A stretch of DNA of 64,000 nt from Octopus sinensis (taxonomy: Eukaryota). The notes under the pieces are model-generated. The model saw only the letters and a program-made list of their open reading frames with translations. It searched no databases and was not told the DNA's origin. Numbering within the stretch: the first letter of the stretch is position 1; each line of letters begins with the position of its first letter. Positions 36,453 to 50,489 of this stretch are shown here, in pieces. The DNA is taken from positions 9,486,001 to 9,550,000 of the forward strand of contig NC_043018.1 in the NCBI RefSeq assembly GCF_006345805.1. The letters are read 5' to 3'. The position numbers and the translations under genes were made by a program.

Positions 36453-36804
36453 TCACTAGTACAGTATGAAGAAACAACGTTAGAAATCTTTGGAAATTAT
36501 TCCAATTAAAGGACGAACTCACATTAAATTCATTAAAAATATATATTTGAAAGTATATATCATATAAAGTATTTATTTATTTGCTGTGTTTTTTTTAGTG
36601 CAGGAGGAAGTATGAGGGGATGGGGTTGGTATTTGATATTTTGAAAAACCAATGAATTTGCAGGATACAGAACGGAGAATTTTTATTGGACAGTTTTGTG
36701 AATGGATGGTTTTAGCCTGAATATGTAATTAGCTAATTAGATTTGTTGCCATTGTTTATCAGATTGCATACATGGCCTCAATCATTGGACTGAAACGAAT
36801 AAAA

Positions 36805-36842
<38 letters not shown>

Positions 36843-37483
36843 TATATTATATATATATATATTATGTATATACGTATGTATGTATGTATGTATGTATGCG
36901 TGCATGCATGTATGTATGTATGTCTATGCATGTATGTCTGTATGTATGTATTTGAATGTCTTTGTGTTTGTCCCCACCATCGCTCGCTTCACAACCGATG
37001 CTGGTGCGTTGACGTCCTCTTAACTTATCGGTTCGGCCAAAGAGGCCGATAGAATAAGTACTAGGCTTACAAAGAATAAGTCCTCGGGTCGATTTCTCCG
37101 ACTGAAAAACCCCTTTAAGTTGGTGCTCCAGCATGGCCGCAGTCAAATGCCTGAAACAAGTAAACGAATAAAAGAATAAAATAGTTGAAATTGGTTACAT
37201 CCGCCCCTTTTTATTAATAGTTATTGATTTAGACACAAAAGACCGGGAATCTTGAGGCGGGGTGTGGAGTGATCGATATTATCGATCTTAGTCTTTGACT
37301 TTTATCTTTTATCATTTATCTTTTGCTTGTTTCAGTCATTAGTCTAAGGTCATGCTGGAGCACATCCTTAAAGAATTCTTTCTTTTTTTAGTCGAATGAA
37401 TCGAGCCTAAGATTATTTTTTCCTTCCCCCCTCTTGCCAGCTTACCGCCTCTCCCCTCCCACCCATCTTATCATCATCATCAT

Positions 37484-38292
37484 TGGCAAGCTTGGCAGAA
37501 TCGTTAGCACGTCGGGCGAAATGCTGAGCCGTATTTCGTCTGCCGCTACGTTCTGAGTTCAAATTCCGCCGAGGTCGACTTTGCCTTTCATCCTTTCGGA
37601 GTCGATTAAATAAGTACCAGTTACGCACTGGGGTCGATATAATCGACTTAATCCGTTTGCCTGTCCTTGTTTGTCCCTTCTGTGTTTAGCCCCTTGTGGG
37701 AGGTAAAGAAATAGGCATTTCGTCTGCTGCTACGTTCTGAGTTCAAATTCCGCCAAGGTCGAGTTTGCTTTTTATCCTTTCGAGGTCGATAAATTAAGTA
37801 CCAGTTGAGTACTGGGGGCGATCTAATTGACTTTCCCTTTCCCCCAAAATTTCTGGCCTTGTGCCTATAGTACAAAGGATTATTATTATTGGCAAGACAA
37901 AGACGGTGCGCTGGCAGAATCGTTAGCACTGGCAGAATCGTTAGCACACTGGGCAAAAAGGCTTCGCGACATCACGTTCTGAGAGTTCAAATTCTGCTGA
38001 GGTCGACTTTGCCTCTCATCCTTTCAGGGTCGATTAAATAAGTACCAGTTACGCACTGAGGTCGATGTAATCGACTATCATCCACTCCAAAATTTCAAGC
38101 CTTGTGTCTATAGTAGAAAGGATTATTATTGTTGTTGTTGTTGTTGTTGTTATTGACAAGACAAAGGCAGCAAACTGGCAGAATCGTTAGCAAACCGGGC
38201 AAAATGCGTCGCGTTATTCGTCCGTTTTTATGTTCTGAGTTCGAATTTTGCCGAGCTCGACTTTGCCTTTCATCCTTTTGGGGTCGATAAAG
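37484..38292 (+). mobile_element. Array of four family C SINEs (C1 nested in C2, then two more)
   Basis: Heads at ~37487, ~37712 (truncated), ~37903 and ~38167; shared flank TATTG(G/A)CAAGACAAAG at 37887-37902 and 38151-38166. Confidence 0.85.
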
Positions 38293-38633
38293 GGCGACCA
38301 CCACTGCAACTACTAATGCATTACGCCGTCATACAACAAATGGTGAGACTAGCTTATAGCAATAGCCGAGTGTTTCTTGTCTGCTTACACCAATGCGTGG
38401 GACGCCGATTACACCTACGTTTGGAGAGTGACTGCTGTTGGTACATAAACGCTGAAGATTTGAATGGCTTAATGGATTCTATATAACTGGAATTTTCTTT
38501 TCTTCTGTTCTTTTTTTCTGAAGATGGGACTTTGAGCCCGAAATATAAAGGTTTTACTTAGATTCTGACAATGCGGAAAGTTGTCTTCATTCTTCGATAT
38601 TATAATACTTTAAGCAAACTACAACGCTATTTA

Positions 38634-39005
38634 TCTCTCTATATATAAACGGCAAAATGTCTGTCTGTATGTGTGTGTGTCCTTTATACAAATCCACAAT
38701 TTTTCAGTTAGAGGGCTCGCACTTTCTATGGTCATTCAAAACCGTCCAAGGGTGGTCGTGCACATCTTTACATTTCCCCAGTCACCCCGCAAAGCCATTA
38801 GAAAATCAATAGAAGTGACATTTTTGTGAATTTTCTATCCAAAACCCAACCAAAATGCCCGAAACTTGATACGCCAATTGAATGCCAGCTAGCTGCATGT
38901 GATTGGTCGGAGATTTGGACAGTACACGCGTGTATGTGCGCACGCACGCAGCTGTATATGCATGCACTAGCACTATGACCCGGAGTTGCCGGGTCATTGT
39001 GCTAG
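38634..39005 (+). mobile_element. Non-autonomous Helitron (family D)
   Basis: A|TCTCTCTATATATAAACGG 5' end; 3' CTAGCACTATGACCCGG-agttg-CCGGGTCATTGTGCTAG|T. Confidence 0.85.
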
Positions 39006-39097
39006 TGTGTATATATATATATATATATATGTTCAAATGCACAGAAAACAAAAGACAAGACAGGTGTATTAGTTTGACGCTCGAGAAAAATGGAAAT

Positions 39098-39136
39098 GTC
39101 TTCGACGTTTCGAACCTGCGCTCTTCGACAGAGAGG
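39098..39136 (-). ncRNA. Minimal hammerhead-like variant in a short PLE-type repeat (~39030-39190)
   Basis: CTGTCGA a GAGC-gcag-GTTC GAAAC GTC; weak stem I; same family as 52304-52339. Confidence 0.4.
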
Positions 39137-39470
39137 TATGAGAAGGAAATTAAGAAAGAAGGAAAAAACCTGTCTGGATTCGTGGTTACATATTTTGCAA
39201 TGACCAGAAGGAAGAGGCCAATGTAAGATAACAGTGACCCGGCTAAAATGAGGCACGCAGGCGCGCGTGAATACGTGTAGATGGTGCATGTGAGTGCATA
39301 TGTGTGGTGGAGACGAGTGCATGTGTATGTATGAATGGGCGAACACAAGATTATATGAGCATCTGTGTGTGTGTGTATGTGTAAGAGCGTGCGTATGGTA
39401 GCTTGTGTGTGTATGTGTATTAATAAACCAGTACATGCGTTGAGGGTAGAGATGTGTGTGGACATTTATG

Positions 39471-39909
39471 TAATTATGGGTGACAATTTCATATGACACC
39501 GCTCGAAAAAATTGCCATTTTCTAGCGGTGTCATATGAAATTGTCACCCATGATTATGACCCTAGTATCGATCTATTGCATTTCAATCTATTTTAGATTT
39601 AGGGTGGGTTAGGGGTGGGGGAAGGGTATATTTTTTCTTCACAAATGTAAATAAACCCAATCTGTTTCTTAAACGAGGGACATATTCATACGGCACTGAA
39701 TGCTTTTTAACTCAATAGACGCCAGTGATTGGTTAAAATTACCGAAATGCAAGGAATTAAAGACGAAATATGTTACAAACTACAGAGTTTTCTCAAGAAA
39801 GCCAAGAGAAAAAAGATGTTTTATAAACACATTCTACCAGTTTACGAAGTTTAAAATTTTTTAGTTACCTAGAAATTGTTAAAAACTGCCGTTCAAACCG
39901 AAAAGATCC
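39471..39909. mobile_element. Foldback dimer with truncated left arm
   Basis: Central junction GCTCGAAAAAATTGCCATTTTCTAGCG matches the junction of 27586-28375; right end ...CCGAAAAGATCC. Confidence 0.85.
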
Positions 39910-40283
39910 TATATGTGTAGGAGTTATGAAGCTATTAAATGTGTGTGTATGTACATATGTATGTGTGTGCGTTTGTCCGAGTGTGCGTTTGTATGTGTGT
40001 GTGTGTGTGTGTGTGAAGAAAGATGATAGATTGACAGATAACATTCAAGCAAAGTAGCGATGAAGACGATGAATTGACAGAGTCGTTAGAGCGTCGAACA
40101 AAACGCCTAGCGGTATTTGTTCCGGCTCTTTACGTTCTGAGTGTTCAGACAGGTGTGGAGAACTTGTCTTGCTCAAGCTGACAAGATGGAACCCTTGTAA
40201 AGGTGATACACACACACACACACACACAGGTAACAGGAAACTACTTTTGAAGCCTCCCATGGCAAAATCAAGAAGCCCTACAG

Positions 40284-40362
<79 letters not shown>

Positions 40363-40607
40363 TCACACACATACACATATATACATATATAAATACATAT
40401 TTGCACATATATATGCATGTATATATACATACAACTGATAAACGCATATATATATATATGTATGTGTGTATGTATATGCATGTATTAATACATGTATGTA
40501 AATGCATGTGTATATATATAATATATATATATGTACACAGATTTTATATAATATATATGTATATATACATAATGTTTATAAACACATACGTATATACATA
40601 TTCATAT

Positions 40608-40643
<36 letters not shown>

Positions 40644-41039
40644 GTAATGCACACACACACACATGCACACACATGCATTTACATAGATAGACAGATATAA
40701 CTATATATGTATGCATACCCCGAGAAAACAATGCCGTAAGCAATATAAAAATAACAACGCATATGTAACTGTATTTCTACCGGTATCTGTAGATGCTTAT
40801 ACACCTATATATATGTGTGTGCGACAGAGAGAGAGAGAGAGAGAGACGAGAGGGAGCCTGCGCACCCACGCACACGTTTGCTAGGGTTTGACGGGGTAGG
40901 GCTAGGGGTGTAAATTGTTACCTTTTATTCCGTGGCACGGGAACACAGGAAACAAGTATCAAATAACGTGATGGCGGCGGTGGCGGCGAGGACGGTGGTG
41001 GCGGCGGCGGCGGCGGTGGTAGTGGCGGTGGCAACGGAG

Positions 41040-41325
41040 TTTGGGATGGTGGTGTTTGTGTTGTTGGTGATATCCGTGTGAATGATGATGATGATGATGA
41101 TGACGACTGTGGCGACAACGACAACAGTGGTGATGGTGGAGGTGATGGCAAATGGTTAATATTAGTATTTGTGGTGATGTTGATGATAGTGATGATGATG
41201 GTGGCGATGATGATGATCATGATGCTGATGATGGAGTTTTTACTCCTTGGTGGTGGTGGTGGTGACAACGGCAAAGTCTTGGCGATGATAGATGATGTTA
41301 CTGGTGGTGATGATGGTGATGATGG

Positions 41326-41356
<31 letters not shown>

Positions 41357-41490
41357 ATTGGTGATGAAAGTGATGATGATGATGCTGATGATGATGCAGA
41401 TGATGATGATGATGATGATGACGACAGCGATGGTAGTGATGAGTCGACGATGATGGTTGACGCTGTTTTCGTTATTTGTTATTATTATTG

Positions 41491-41521
<31 letters not shown>

Positions 41522-41580
41522 CGGTGGTGTCGGCGGCGGCGGCGGGGACGGCGGCGACGGCTGGTGTGGTTGGCGGTGAC
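41040..41580. repeat. (GAT/GGT/GTT/GGC)n trinucleotide tract
   Basis: Low complexity; source of poly-D/M/P ORFs. Confidence 0.9.
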
Positions 41581-41990
41581 GGCGCTGCCAACGAAGGAGG
41601 ATCTGTACGAGTTGAAATGTTTTTAAAACATTTGTATAAACAAAAGGTGAGTTAGTATTCGGTGAAGAGTGGAACCCATTGCTTTTCATTAGTAACTTGG
41701 ATGGATTACACACATATTTCCTTCGCTACTCAACTAGCTTTACTCACTGATTCATAATAATGCATACTCCCTTTTAAGTACTCTCTCTCTCTCTCTCTCT
41801 CTCTTCCTTTCTTTTCTCTCTGTCTTTCTCCTTCATTCTCTCTCTCTCTGACTCTGTTTCTGTCTCCCTCTGTCTCTGCTTTCAGCGTTTGTCTGAGATT
41901 CTTAAAGATTTCTTACAGGAATCCAGAAATATTTCCCTGACAAACCGACAGAAAACATGACTAGACACACACACGTGTGCATGTATATAT

Positions 41991-42028
<38 letters not shown>

Positions 42029-42065
42029 ATGGATGTATCTTTCTCTGTCTTTGTGTATGTGTGTG

Positions 42066-42119
<54 letters not shown>

Positions 42120-44929
42120 TACACACACAAATATTTGTGTCTGTATAATATAGATATATCTATGTATATCATATATACATATATATATGAATGCATATAA
42201 ACGTGTGTGTGTGTGTATTTATATATACACGCGCGCGCACACAGTAATATTTATCCTAAATTGCTTACAATATAACTTCGGTTTGCGTGATTAACTAAAG
42301 ATAGTTTGTTGATTTAATGAGTAATATCTCATATCGTATCATATCATATTATATAATATAATATTATATATTATATTATACACACCGTTAATACTTGCCA
42401 ATAACATCCACATCAACTCGATATCCCGCTTATCATATCGATATCATTGATATCGCATATCGATATCAACATACCACACACATTAATCGCTGGTGGATGG
42501 CGCTACTGGCAATAATGATAATGTCAGACGGAAGCTTTCTATCATATAGTCTTTCGTTTACCCGTTCATTGTATGAAGCTTGGGTATATTAATGTTCAAC
42601 TGTTGGAGATTAAATGTGTGTTGTGATGAAAGTTGGTAGATAAACGGACGACGCACGGCTGTTGCGGTTAAAGAGGAAGCTCGCTCTGCCATCACGTGCT
42701 TTCGGCTTTCAGCCCCGCAGTGCGGTAATTTGTGCAAACATCCTTGTGCCTTCTGCTATGGACCCCTAACCAACAAATGATGCCCTGTGAGTGAATTTGG
42801 TAGATGGAAACGGTATAGAACCCACCCCCCGTCATATATATGTGTATACTTCTCCTGGCCTCTCGTATTTTCTACTTTCTCGACCGATCATCTTTTCACC
42901 TTTCGCTATATTCTTTCATCCTTCCAGTCCCGTTGGATATTTTCCATTGCGTTACATAAACACACGTCTTGTCTTTTCTCGGGGCCCCACGGCCATTAAT
43001 TTGTTTGCATAACGTATGATTAATTTTGTTTGTATAATTACATCTATAGCCGTGCTATATTCGTATTTCTTTTCGACAGTTACCATCGTTCGCTCAATAT
43101 TCCCAGCAGCTATTTGCTGTTGACGCCACCAAAACATGAACAATATCGTTAAAAGGACTGAAATTGTAATGGTTTTTTGAACGATAATTGACGCGGAAAG
43201 AGCATGGCCATGTCTTGTGTGTGAACTTTCCGTTCGTTCCTTATTGTGTTTCTGTTAAATCTTTTAAAACTACACCCATGCGAGGGTTTTAAGTCGAATG
43301 CGTTTTGCACAACACCAGACCAAATCTCGCTTGCAATACTAAGGAACCCAGAGACAAGCTAAGTGCACAATGTCCAGTTTAGTAGAGCAGCGGGTTTTAT
43401 ATACAGGTTAGCCTTCTCCTATTGAGATGTGTGTGTGTTTGCCTCTCACCCAACACCACTTGACAACCGGTACTAGTTTGTTTATGTCGTCGTAATCAAG
43501 TAGCGGTTCGGAAAAAAAGATTGATGGAATATGTACCAGACTTTAAAAAAATTAGTACTGGGTTCGATTTGTTCGACTAAAACCCTTGAAGGCCGTACCC
43601 CAGCATGGCCGCAGTACAATAAATGAAACAAGTAAAAGATAACGGATAAAGGCAATTTGGTTCCATTGGGAAGATTATATTTGCCATTAACTGTGTCTGG
43701 AATGTCTGAGATTGTGTTTTAAAACGAAGCGAGGTTTCTACATATCGCTCAGATTCACGGTTTAAAACTAGTGCTTAATTATATTTTGATTAAATAAAAA
43801 AAAAAAGATATGATCAGCTCCGTGAACTTAAAAAAAAGCATGAACGTTTACACGAAAATGCCTTTCGACCCATCCGTATCGGCGGCATGCAACTAGGAAG
43901 GCGGTAATGTGAAAGAAATGTTACGTGAATACCCCACCCCCACCCTAAATTGTTTTTTCCGAAGGTTCTAGAAGTTTTGCTTGCGGTTATAAAAAGTCAG
44001 AGTATTGAACCGCAAAACAGAATTCTCTCAGGTGTTACACAGAACTTATCGCTCAGTTCTATGAAAGATGTTTTCTCTTTCTCCTACTTATTTTGCATTT
44101 TGGCGGTCGCGATGCTTTTGCGTATCCCCGTGACTGTCGCCATCTAATTCCATTATTGTGAATTTTAATTAGGAGCTTGAGTCATAGCGAGTCTTTCATT
44201 AGCTGATTACACAACCATGGACGCTGGATGTGTTGCGGTTACTCTCTTGATAGATCTTGGTGATCATGACCGTTGATCTTCTGGGATTCCACCGCTCAAC
44301 ATCTATGTAAGAAGCTGAGCTCTTCCATTGCCTCTTCCCAACCCGCCATGCTGCTTTCGCGGATTCTCATGATTCTGTCACCATCCAATTCCAGTATTAT
44401 GAACTTGAATTGGAAACTCGAGTGTTACTGAATCTGCTGATCACACAAACATGGATGCGTTGCTGTTACTCTCTTTATAGAACTTGGTGATCCCGACCAT
44501 TGATCTTCTAGAATTCCTCCGCTCAGCTTCAATGCAAGAAGTACCATTATCTCGGTTGAGCGCTTCATAATCCATCATGCTGTAGTCCCATGACTTCACT
44601 GTATCCCTGGCAGTGTGGCTGAACGGGTGCTATGCCTTGCCAAAAGACAACCCATAACTAAGCAGGGCACGGTTGTCAGTCCGTGAGGTATTTTCGAAAT
44701 ACCTGCATAACATGCTTTATATATCAGGTTCCACGAAAGGTTATCAACCTTGCGTTGTAGGTTTTGTGCCGACATACATCAATATCTATAAACATGCAAA
44801 TATCTTTCCATATCATTCCTTCTGCCTATCTTTATATTTGCTTTTTATTCTTACTAATAACCAGTCACTTCATCGTTTTTATATTCATATTTGGGTCTTC
44901 TTTGTCACTTTGCTCTTCTGCACCATCGA

Positions 44930-45600
44930 TAATTTCTAGTAATTCCTCACGTTGTCTGCCAAGAATGCTTTATCATCGACATATCTCATATTGTTTATGG
45001 TCATGCCATTGTCTGTGGGTTGTTTGATCTCATTGACTCTCTCTGACTATATAGTTATTGAATAGGTATGATGATAATACACATCCTTGCCTTACACCTC
45101 TTTTGCTCTCAACTGATTGTAACAATTCGTAGACCATTTTGACGACTACTTTTTCGTTCCGTATAACACACAGATAATTCTGATATCCTTTCCTTCTTAT
45201 AGAACTTTTTTTCTAAAGAGGGGATGAGCACCATGTGGTGTATGCAGTTAAACACTTTGGCATAATCCATGAAGCAAGTCAGAGCTTATCTTATTTATAC
45301 AATAAAATTATAAGAATAGATTGTAAGTTAGTCAGTGTTACATATGTTTCAGTAGCAAGGCATTTATTTTTGAGCTAGACTGTTGAAACCGAATGTGGCA
45401 TGTCATGTACTCCGTTGGCCTTAAATCCAAATTGGTCCTCATTAACTTCTGCATTTATTTGGCATTTTATTCTTCCTTGTATGATTGCGTGAAATACTTT
45501 AAGCACGTGACATGAGATCAGACCATTCGTTGGTTTTGGGGATTTTTCGGCATAAGAATTAATATTATCAATCTCATGTCTCATGCTATTAAAATATTTT
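44930..45600 (-). pseudogene. RTE-clade reverse transcriptase remnant
   Basis: ISCHVLKVF..IIQGRIK...EDQFGF, CFMDYAKVF, RGVRQGCVLS, INNMRYVDD in broken frames. Confidence 0.8.
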
Positions 45601-45909
45601 TCAGTCATACGAGGAAGAAAAAAAAGCAAGCAAACCAAATGCAGAAATCAGTGAGAAGCAATTTGGATTTTGGTTATTAGTAAGACAAAACAAAACGGGG
45701 TAAATAAAACGGTATATAGACGGACACTTTAACAAGTAAAAAGAACTTCAAGTATTTAGGACCTATTTCGGCTGACGAACGGCCTTCAGGAACGAATTAA
45801 ATTCGTAAACCGGGGTTCCAATGTATTTTACACAGTATAAACCTTTAAACATCACATGCGCGTCTACACGTAATTATTCTCCCCGCACCAGTGAAATTTA
45901 TTCATTGTA

Positions 45910-46272
45910 CTCTCTTTACTCTTTTACTTGTTTCAGTCATTTGACTGCGGCCATGCTGGAGCACCGCCTTTAGTCGAGCAAATCGACCCCGGGACTTATT
46001 CTTTGTAAGCCCAGTACTTATTCTATCGGTCTCTTTTGCCGAACCGCTAAGTAACGGGGACGTAAACACACCAGCATCGGTTGTCAAGCAATGCTAGGGG
46101 GACAAACACAGACACACAAACATACATGCACACATATATATATATACATATATACGACGGGCTTCTTTCAGTTTCCGTCTACCAAATCCACTCACAAGCC
46201 TTTGGTCGGCCCGAGGCTATAGTAGAAGACACTTGCCCAAGGTGCCACGCAGTGGAACTGAACCCAGAACCC
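45910..46272 (-). mobile_element. Family B SINE, 5'-truncated, next to (TAA)n
   Basis: Close match to 55327-55732. Confidence 0.9.
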
Positions 46273-46317
<45 letters not shown>

Positions 46318-46500
46318 TCAAAATTGAGAAGCTTGATCCCCAACTACATGATATCGGGTTCAGATATATAATCTACAACTGTTTGGAATAATGAATATCA
46401 GGAAATACATAAAATTAATTGTTGGGTCATTCATGTTTATGAAAACAGTCTCTTACTTTTTTACAGCTTCTTCTACCTTTCACTTCTATCTTATCACAAC

Positions 46501-46650
46501 CTCACTTTGGATGATGCAGAGGGGCTGGCAGAGGACCAACAGCGATGGAGAGTACTTGTGGACTTGATTGGCTCTATGCATGATGGTGTCTCTAGGACCT
46601 CTTAACCTGGGGTGATCCCAGCCCTCTCAAGCAAGATCAGGAAGCATTAA
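46501..46650 (+). pseudogene. RTE 3'-terminal fragment
   Basis: LTLDDAEGLAEDQQRWRVLVDLIGS*, homologous to the 3744-4010 terminus. Confidence 0.55.
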
Positions 46651-47798
46651 GCAAGAGGTTGGCTCGCACGCATTTTTACTGACACGGAGCACATTCATAT
46701 CTACAAGTTGAAACCTGAAAATTTGAAAAAAAAAAAAAAATTGTGATGTGTGTGGGTATATATATGTGCGAGCCCACCAACTTTTTCACATTCAGTTCCA
46801 ATATAATCGTAATTTTAACCATCTGAAAGGTATTTGTAGGAAACTTCATTAAAAAATACCGCTTTTTCTGAAAGTTTTGAGGAAAAAAAGTCGAAGCATT
46901 TGAATTTTCCGAAACTCCTCTCCGAATTTTGTTTTTATAATAAATTCCGATATAACCGACATTTACACCATCTGAAGTGTATTTGTAGAAAATTTCATTA
47001 AAAGATATCCATTTCTTTTAATGTTATGAAGAAACAAAGTCGGTGGATGGGGGATGACATTTGTGTAGGTCTGCCGAAAAAGTTATTTTGTTGCACGAAA
47101 GAGGGGAGATCTTTCTAGTGAGGGTTTCTGCCGGAAACCACAAATCTTTCTGGTTGGTCCCTCCCAAACTGAATTATTCCTCGCTGCTAAATGTTTCATA
47201 TTTACTATTTGTAGGAAGAGGCAGTCTCTAGTTTCCCAGGATTCTTATGTTTCTAGTCGATATCAATTTTAGCTTCCGAACTGTTGGATAGATAATGATA
47301 TAGTTCTGGCAAGGTCGTTTTTGCCTTTCATCCTTTCAGGATCGATAAATTAAGTACCAGTTGCGTACTGAGGTCGATCTAATCGACTGTCTCCCTCCTT
47401 CAAAATTTCGAACCTTGTGCCTAGAGTAGAAAAGGAATTGCTGGCCTTGTGCCAAAATCTGAAACCGATATGTTAAGTTGCTGTTTAGGGGTTCAAACGC
47501 AACAGGAGATGAATTTGTCTTTCATTCCCCAGGGTTAGAAGATACCAGTAGTATACTCGTGTTGAATTAGTCGACTACATCTTTTTTTCCTACATACACG
47601 CATGCATGTATATATTTTTATTCTCTCTCTCTCAATTCTCAACACATATACAAGCATATATTCATACACATACATACAGATGCACACACATATATACATG
47701 CATATATACATACACACACGCACACATATATTACATATTACGCACACACATACACACGTCCATATATATGCATGTTTGCACACACAAATATATCTGTA

Positions 47799-48161
47799 CT
47801 AGCACTATGACCCGGCGTTGCCGGGTCATAGTACTAGTGCATGCATATACAGCTGCGTGTGTGCGCACATACACGCGAGTACTGTCCAAATCTCCGACCA
47901 ATCACATACAGCTAGCTGGCATTCAATTGGAGTATCAAGTTTCGGGCGTTTTGATTGGGTTTTGGATAGAAAATTCACAAAAAAGTAACTTCTGTTGATT
48001 TTTAATGGCTTTGTGGGGTGACTGAGGAAATGTAAAGATGTGCACGACCACCCTTGGACGGTTTTGAATGACTGTAGAAAGTGCGAGCCCTCTAACTGAA
48101 ATTGTGGATATGTATGAAGGACATACACACACACACATTTTGCCGTTTATATATATAGAGA
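47799..48161 (-). mobile_element. Non-autonomous Helitron (family D)
   Basis: Minus strand A|TC...hairpin CTAG|T, no TSD. Confidence 0.85.
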
Positions 48162-48789
48162 TGTACGTGTTTACAGAGTGCATGTATGTGTGCGCACGTA
48201 TTTTTATGTAGGCGTGTGTATCTGTATCTATATATCGTATGAATGTCTGTCTGTATGTATATATGTTTGTATGTATGTACGTATGCATGCATGCACCGAC
48301 ACCAGGTGTGCGGTTCCGGTGCCTGCACACGTACCAGGTGTTGGCAAGATTGAAACAAACCGCTCACACCGCGACGGTTTAGTTTTGGGTTTTACGTTTG
48401 ACGTCAGGTTTATATACAAAGACAATTGAAATATTAAACTGGGAAACGACCCGGTAGTTTTTAGGAGAGAGTGCACGAGGACATGTTTACTAAAGTTTTA
48501 CAAATAGTAGACTTAACTTCTTGTAACAATTTACAAATGCATACATGTATATATAAATATATACAAACATATGGCTGCGGCCATGCTAGGGCACCGCTTT
48601 GAAGAATTTATAGTCGAATGTGTCGACCACAGGACTTCTTTATAAAGCCTGGTACTTATTCTATCGATCTTATTTGCTGAACCGCTAGTTTACGGGCGAC
48701 ATAGACACAGCACTGGTTTTTTAGCGATGGAGGGGGACAAACACACACACACACACACACACATGCATACATCCACATAACAGCCCACT

Positions 48790-49650
48790 AACTATTCTAC
48801 CACCTCGAAGAACCACATAGTAAAGTTTAACAAGAAACTATACATGCAGGTTCAAGGTGTAGCCATTGGTGTCGGTGTAGCTGGAGATGTGGCTGGCCTC
48901 TTCATGACCTGGTGGGACAGAAAACTTAAGCAGTCCTTTGCAGAACCCTCTACAACTCTTCTACTTTACAATAGCTATGTAGATGACATTAATATCATAG
49001 TTAAGACCAACTCTAGTAACGGTAATGTAGAAACTGAGAGGGACATAATGAAGAGGATACAGCAAGTAGCTAACTCCAACCACTAAAGTATTAGGATAAC
49101 TATAGATTTCCCACTAGGCACCCCAACAATAGACACCACGTCTTTGATACTGAACGTTGGTTAGAGACTGTGAACAACAGAGTGCAGCTCCTCCACTCCT
49201 ATTACATCAAAGCCATAGCTTCGAAATATGTTGTTCGCAAGAGCTCAGCTTTGTCACACAACAGACAGCAGATTTAGGATAATGAACAACGTGTCCCCAC
49301 TATGCGAACTCTATGAAACGAAGAAACACGTACAGAACTTCATGCACCGCATGCAATTCTCTGGATATGATAAGAAAGATGCGGTTCGAGTATACAGGGG
49401 TGCTAGAAAGAAGTTAGATAACATTATATGTAATGAAACCAATGATATCTGCCCTAGATATAGAAGCAAAGACTGGAATAGGAGACAAAGAGCTTGTGAC
49501 AAAGCAAACAGGATGATCACGTGGTATAAAACCGACAAATATCAAGGAGTGATGTTTGTAGGGGCCACAGCCCATGGAGAACTAGCCCGTAGGTTTAGGA
49601 AAACGTTGAAGGAGACCAAACTCAACATTAAGATTGTTGAAAAGCGAAGC
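48790..49650 (+). pseudogene. Penelope-like reverse transcriptase remnant (RT 3' half plus thumb)
   Basis: LYMQVQGVAIGVGVAGDVAGLFMTWWDRKL, YNSYVDDI, YYIKAIASK, FMHRMQFSGY, WYK...VMFV.AT..GELA, KIVEK; stops and frameshifts. Confidence 0.75.
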
Positions 49651-49700
49651 GCATTGTGACCAGCGATGTGTAGCAACATCTGATAGCCTGGTCGGTCACG

Positions 49701-49741
<41 letters not shown>

Positions 49742-50092
49742 TCCACTTGTTTCAGTTGTTAGACAGCGGCCATTCTGGGGCACGGCTTTGAAGAATTTTC
49801 AGCCGGATGAACCGCCCTCAGCACTTTTAAGCCTAGTACTTATGCTATCGGCGATGTTTACCGAACCTCTAAGTTACGGAAATGTAGACACACCAACACC
49901 GGCTGTCAAGCAGAGGTGGGGGACAAACGCGCGCGGCAGGCTTCTTTCAGTTAACGTTTCTCAAATGCACTCACAAGGCCTTGGTTGGCCCAAGGCTACA
50001 GAAGAAGAAACTTGCCTAAGGTGCCTCGAAGTAGGAATGACCCGGAAATCATGCGGTTGCGAAGCAAGTTTCTTGCCACACACCCAAGCCTG

Positions 50093-50139
<47 letters not shown>

Positions 50140-50445
50140 AGTAACAAGGGTGTCCCGGTACCAATGCGTTACGGCTGTTTCGAGCGGCTCCATTTTTAAT
50201 CGATCAACGACACCATTACATCATTTTGTAAGAAACCGCTCTCCTCAAAAGCAGATGACCATATAGACTTCCAACATAAAGAATAAAACATTTTGAACAA
50301 ATTCATATCAATATTAGAAACCAAAATAATTACATTATTTCCTTATGTTACATTTGTAGCAGAATGAATTTAGAACAAAATAATACATACAGAAAAAAAC
50401 AAGGAGAAAAAAATGTGTGTAGTGGCTAACGATCTATCATGGCGA

Positions 50446-50489
<44 letters not shown>

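Noticed and set aside
48790-49650. Selenocysteine read-through in the PLE RT
   Set aside because: The interruptions I checked are a TAA stop and frameshifts rather than isolated TGA codons.
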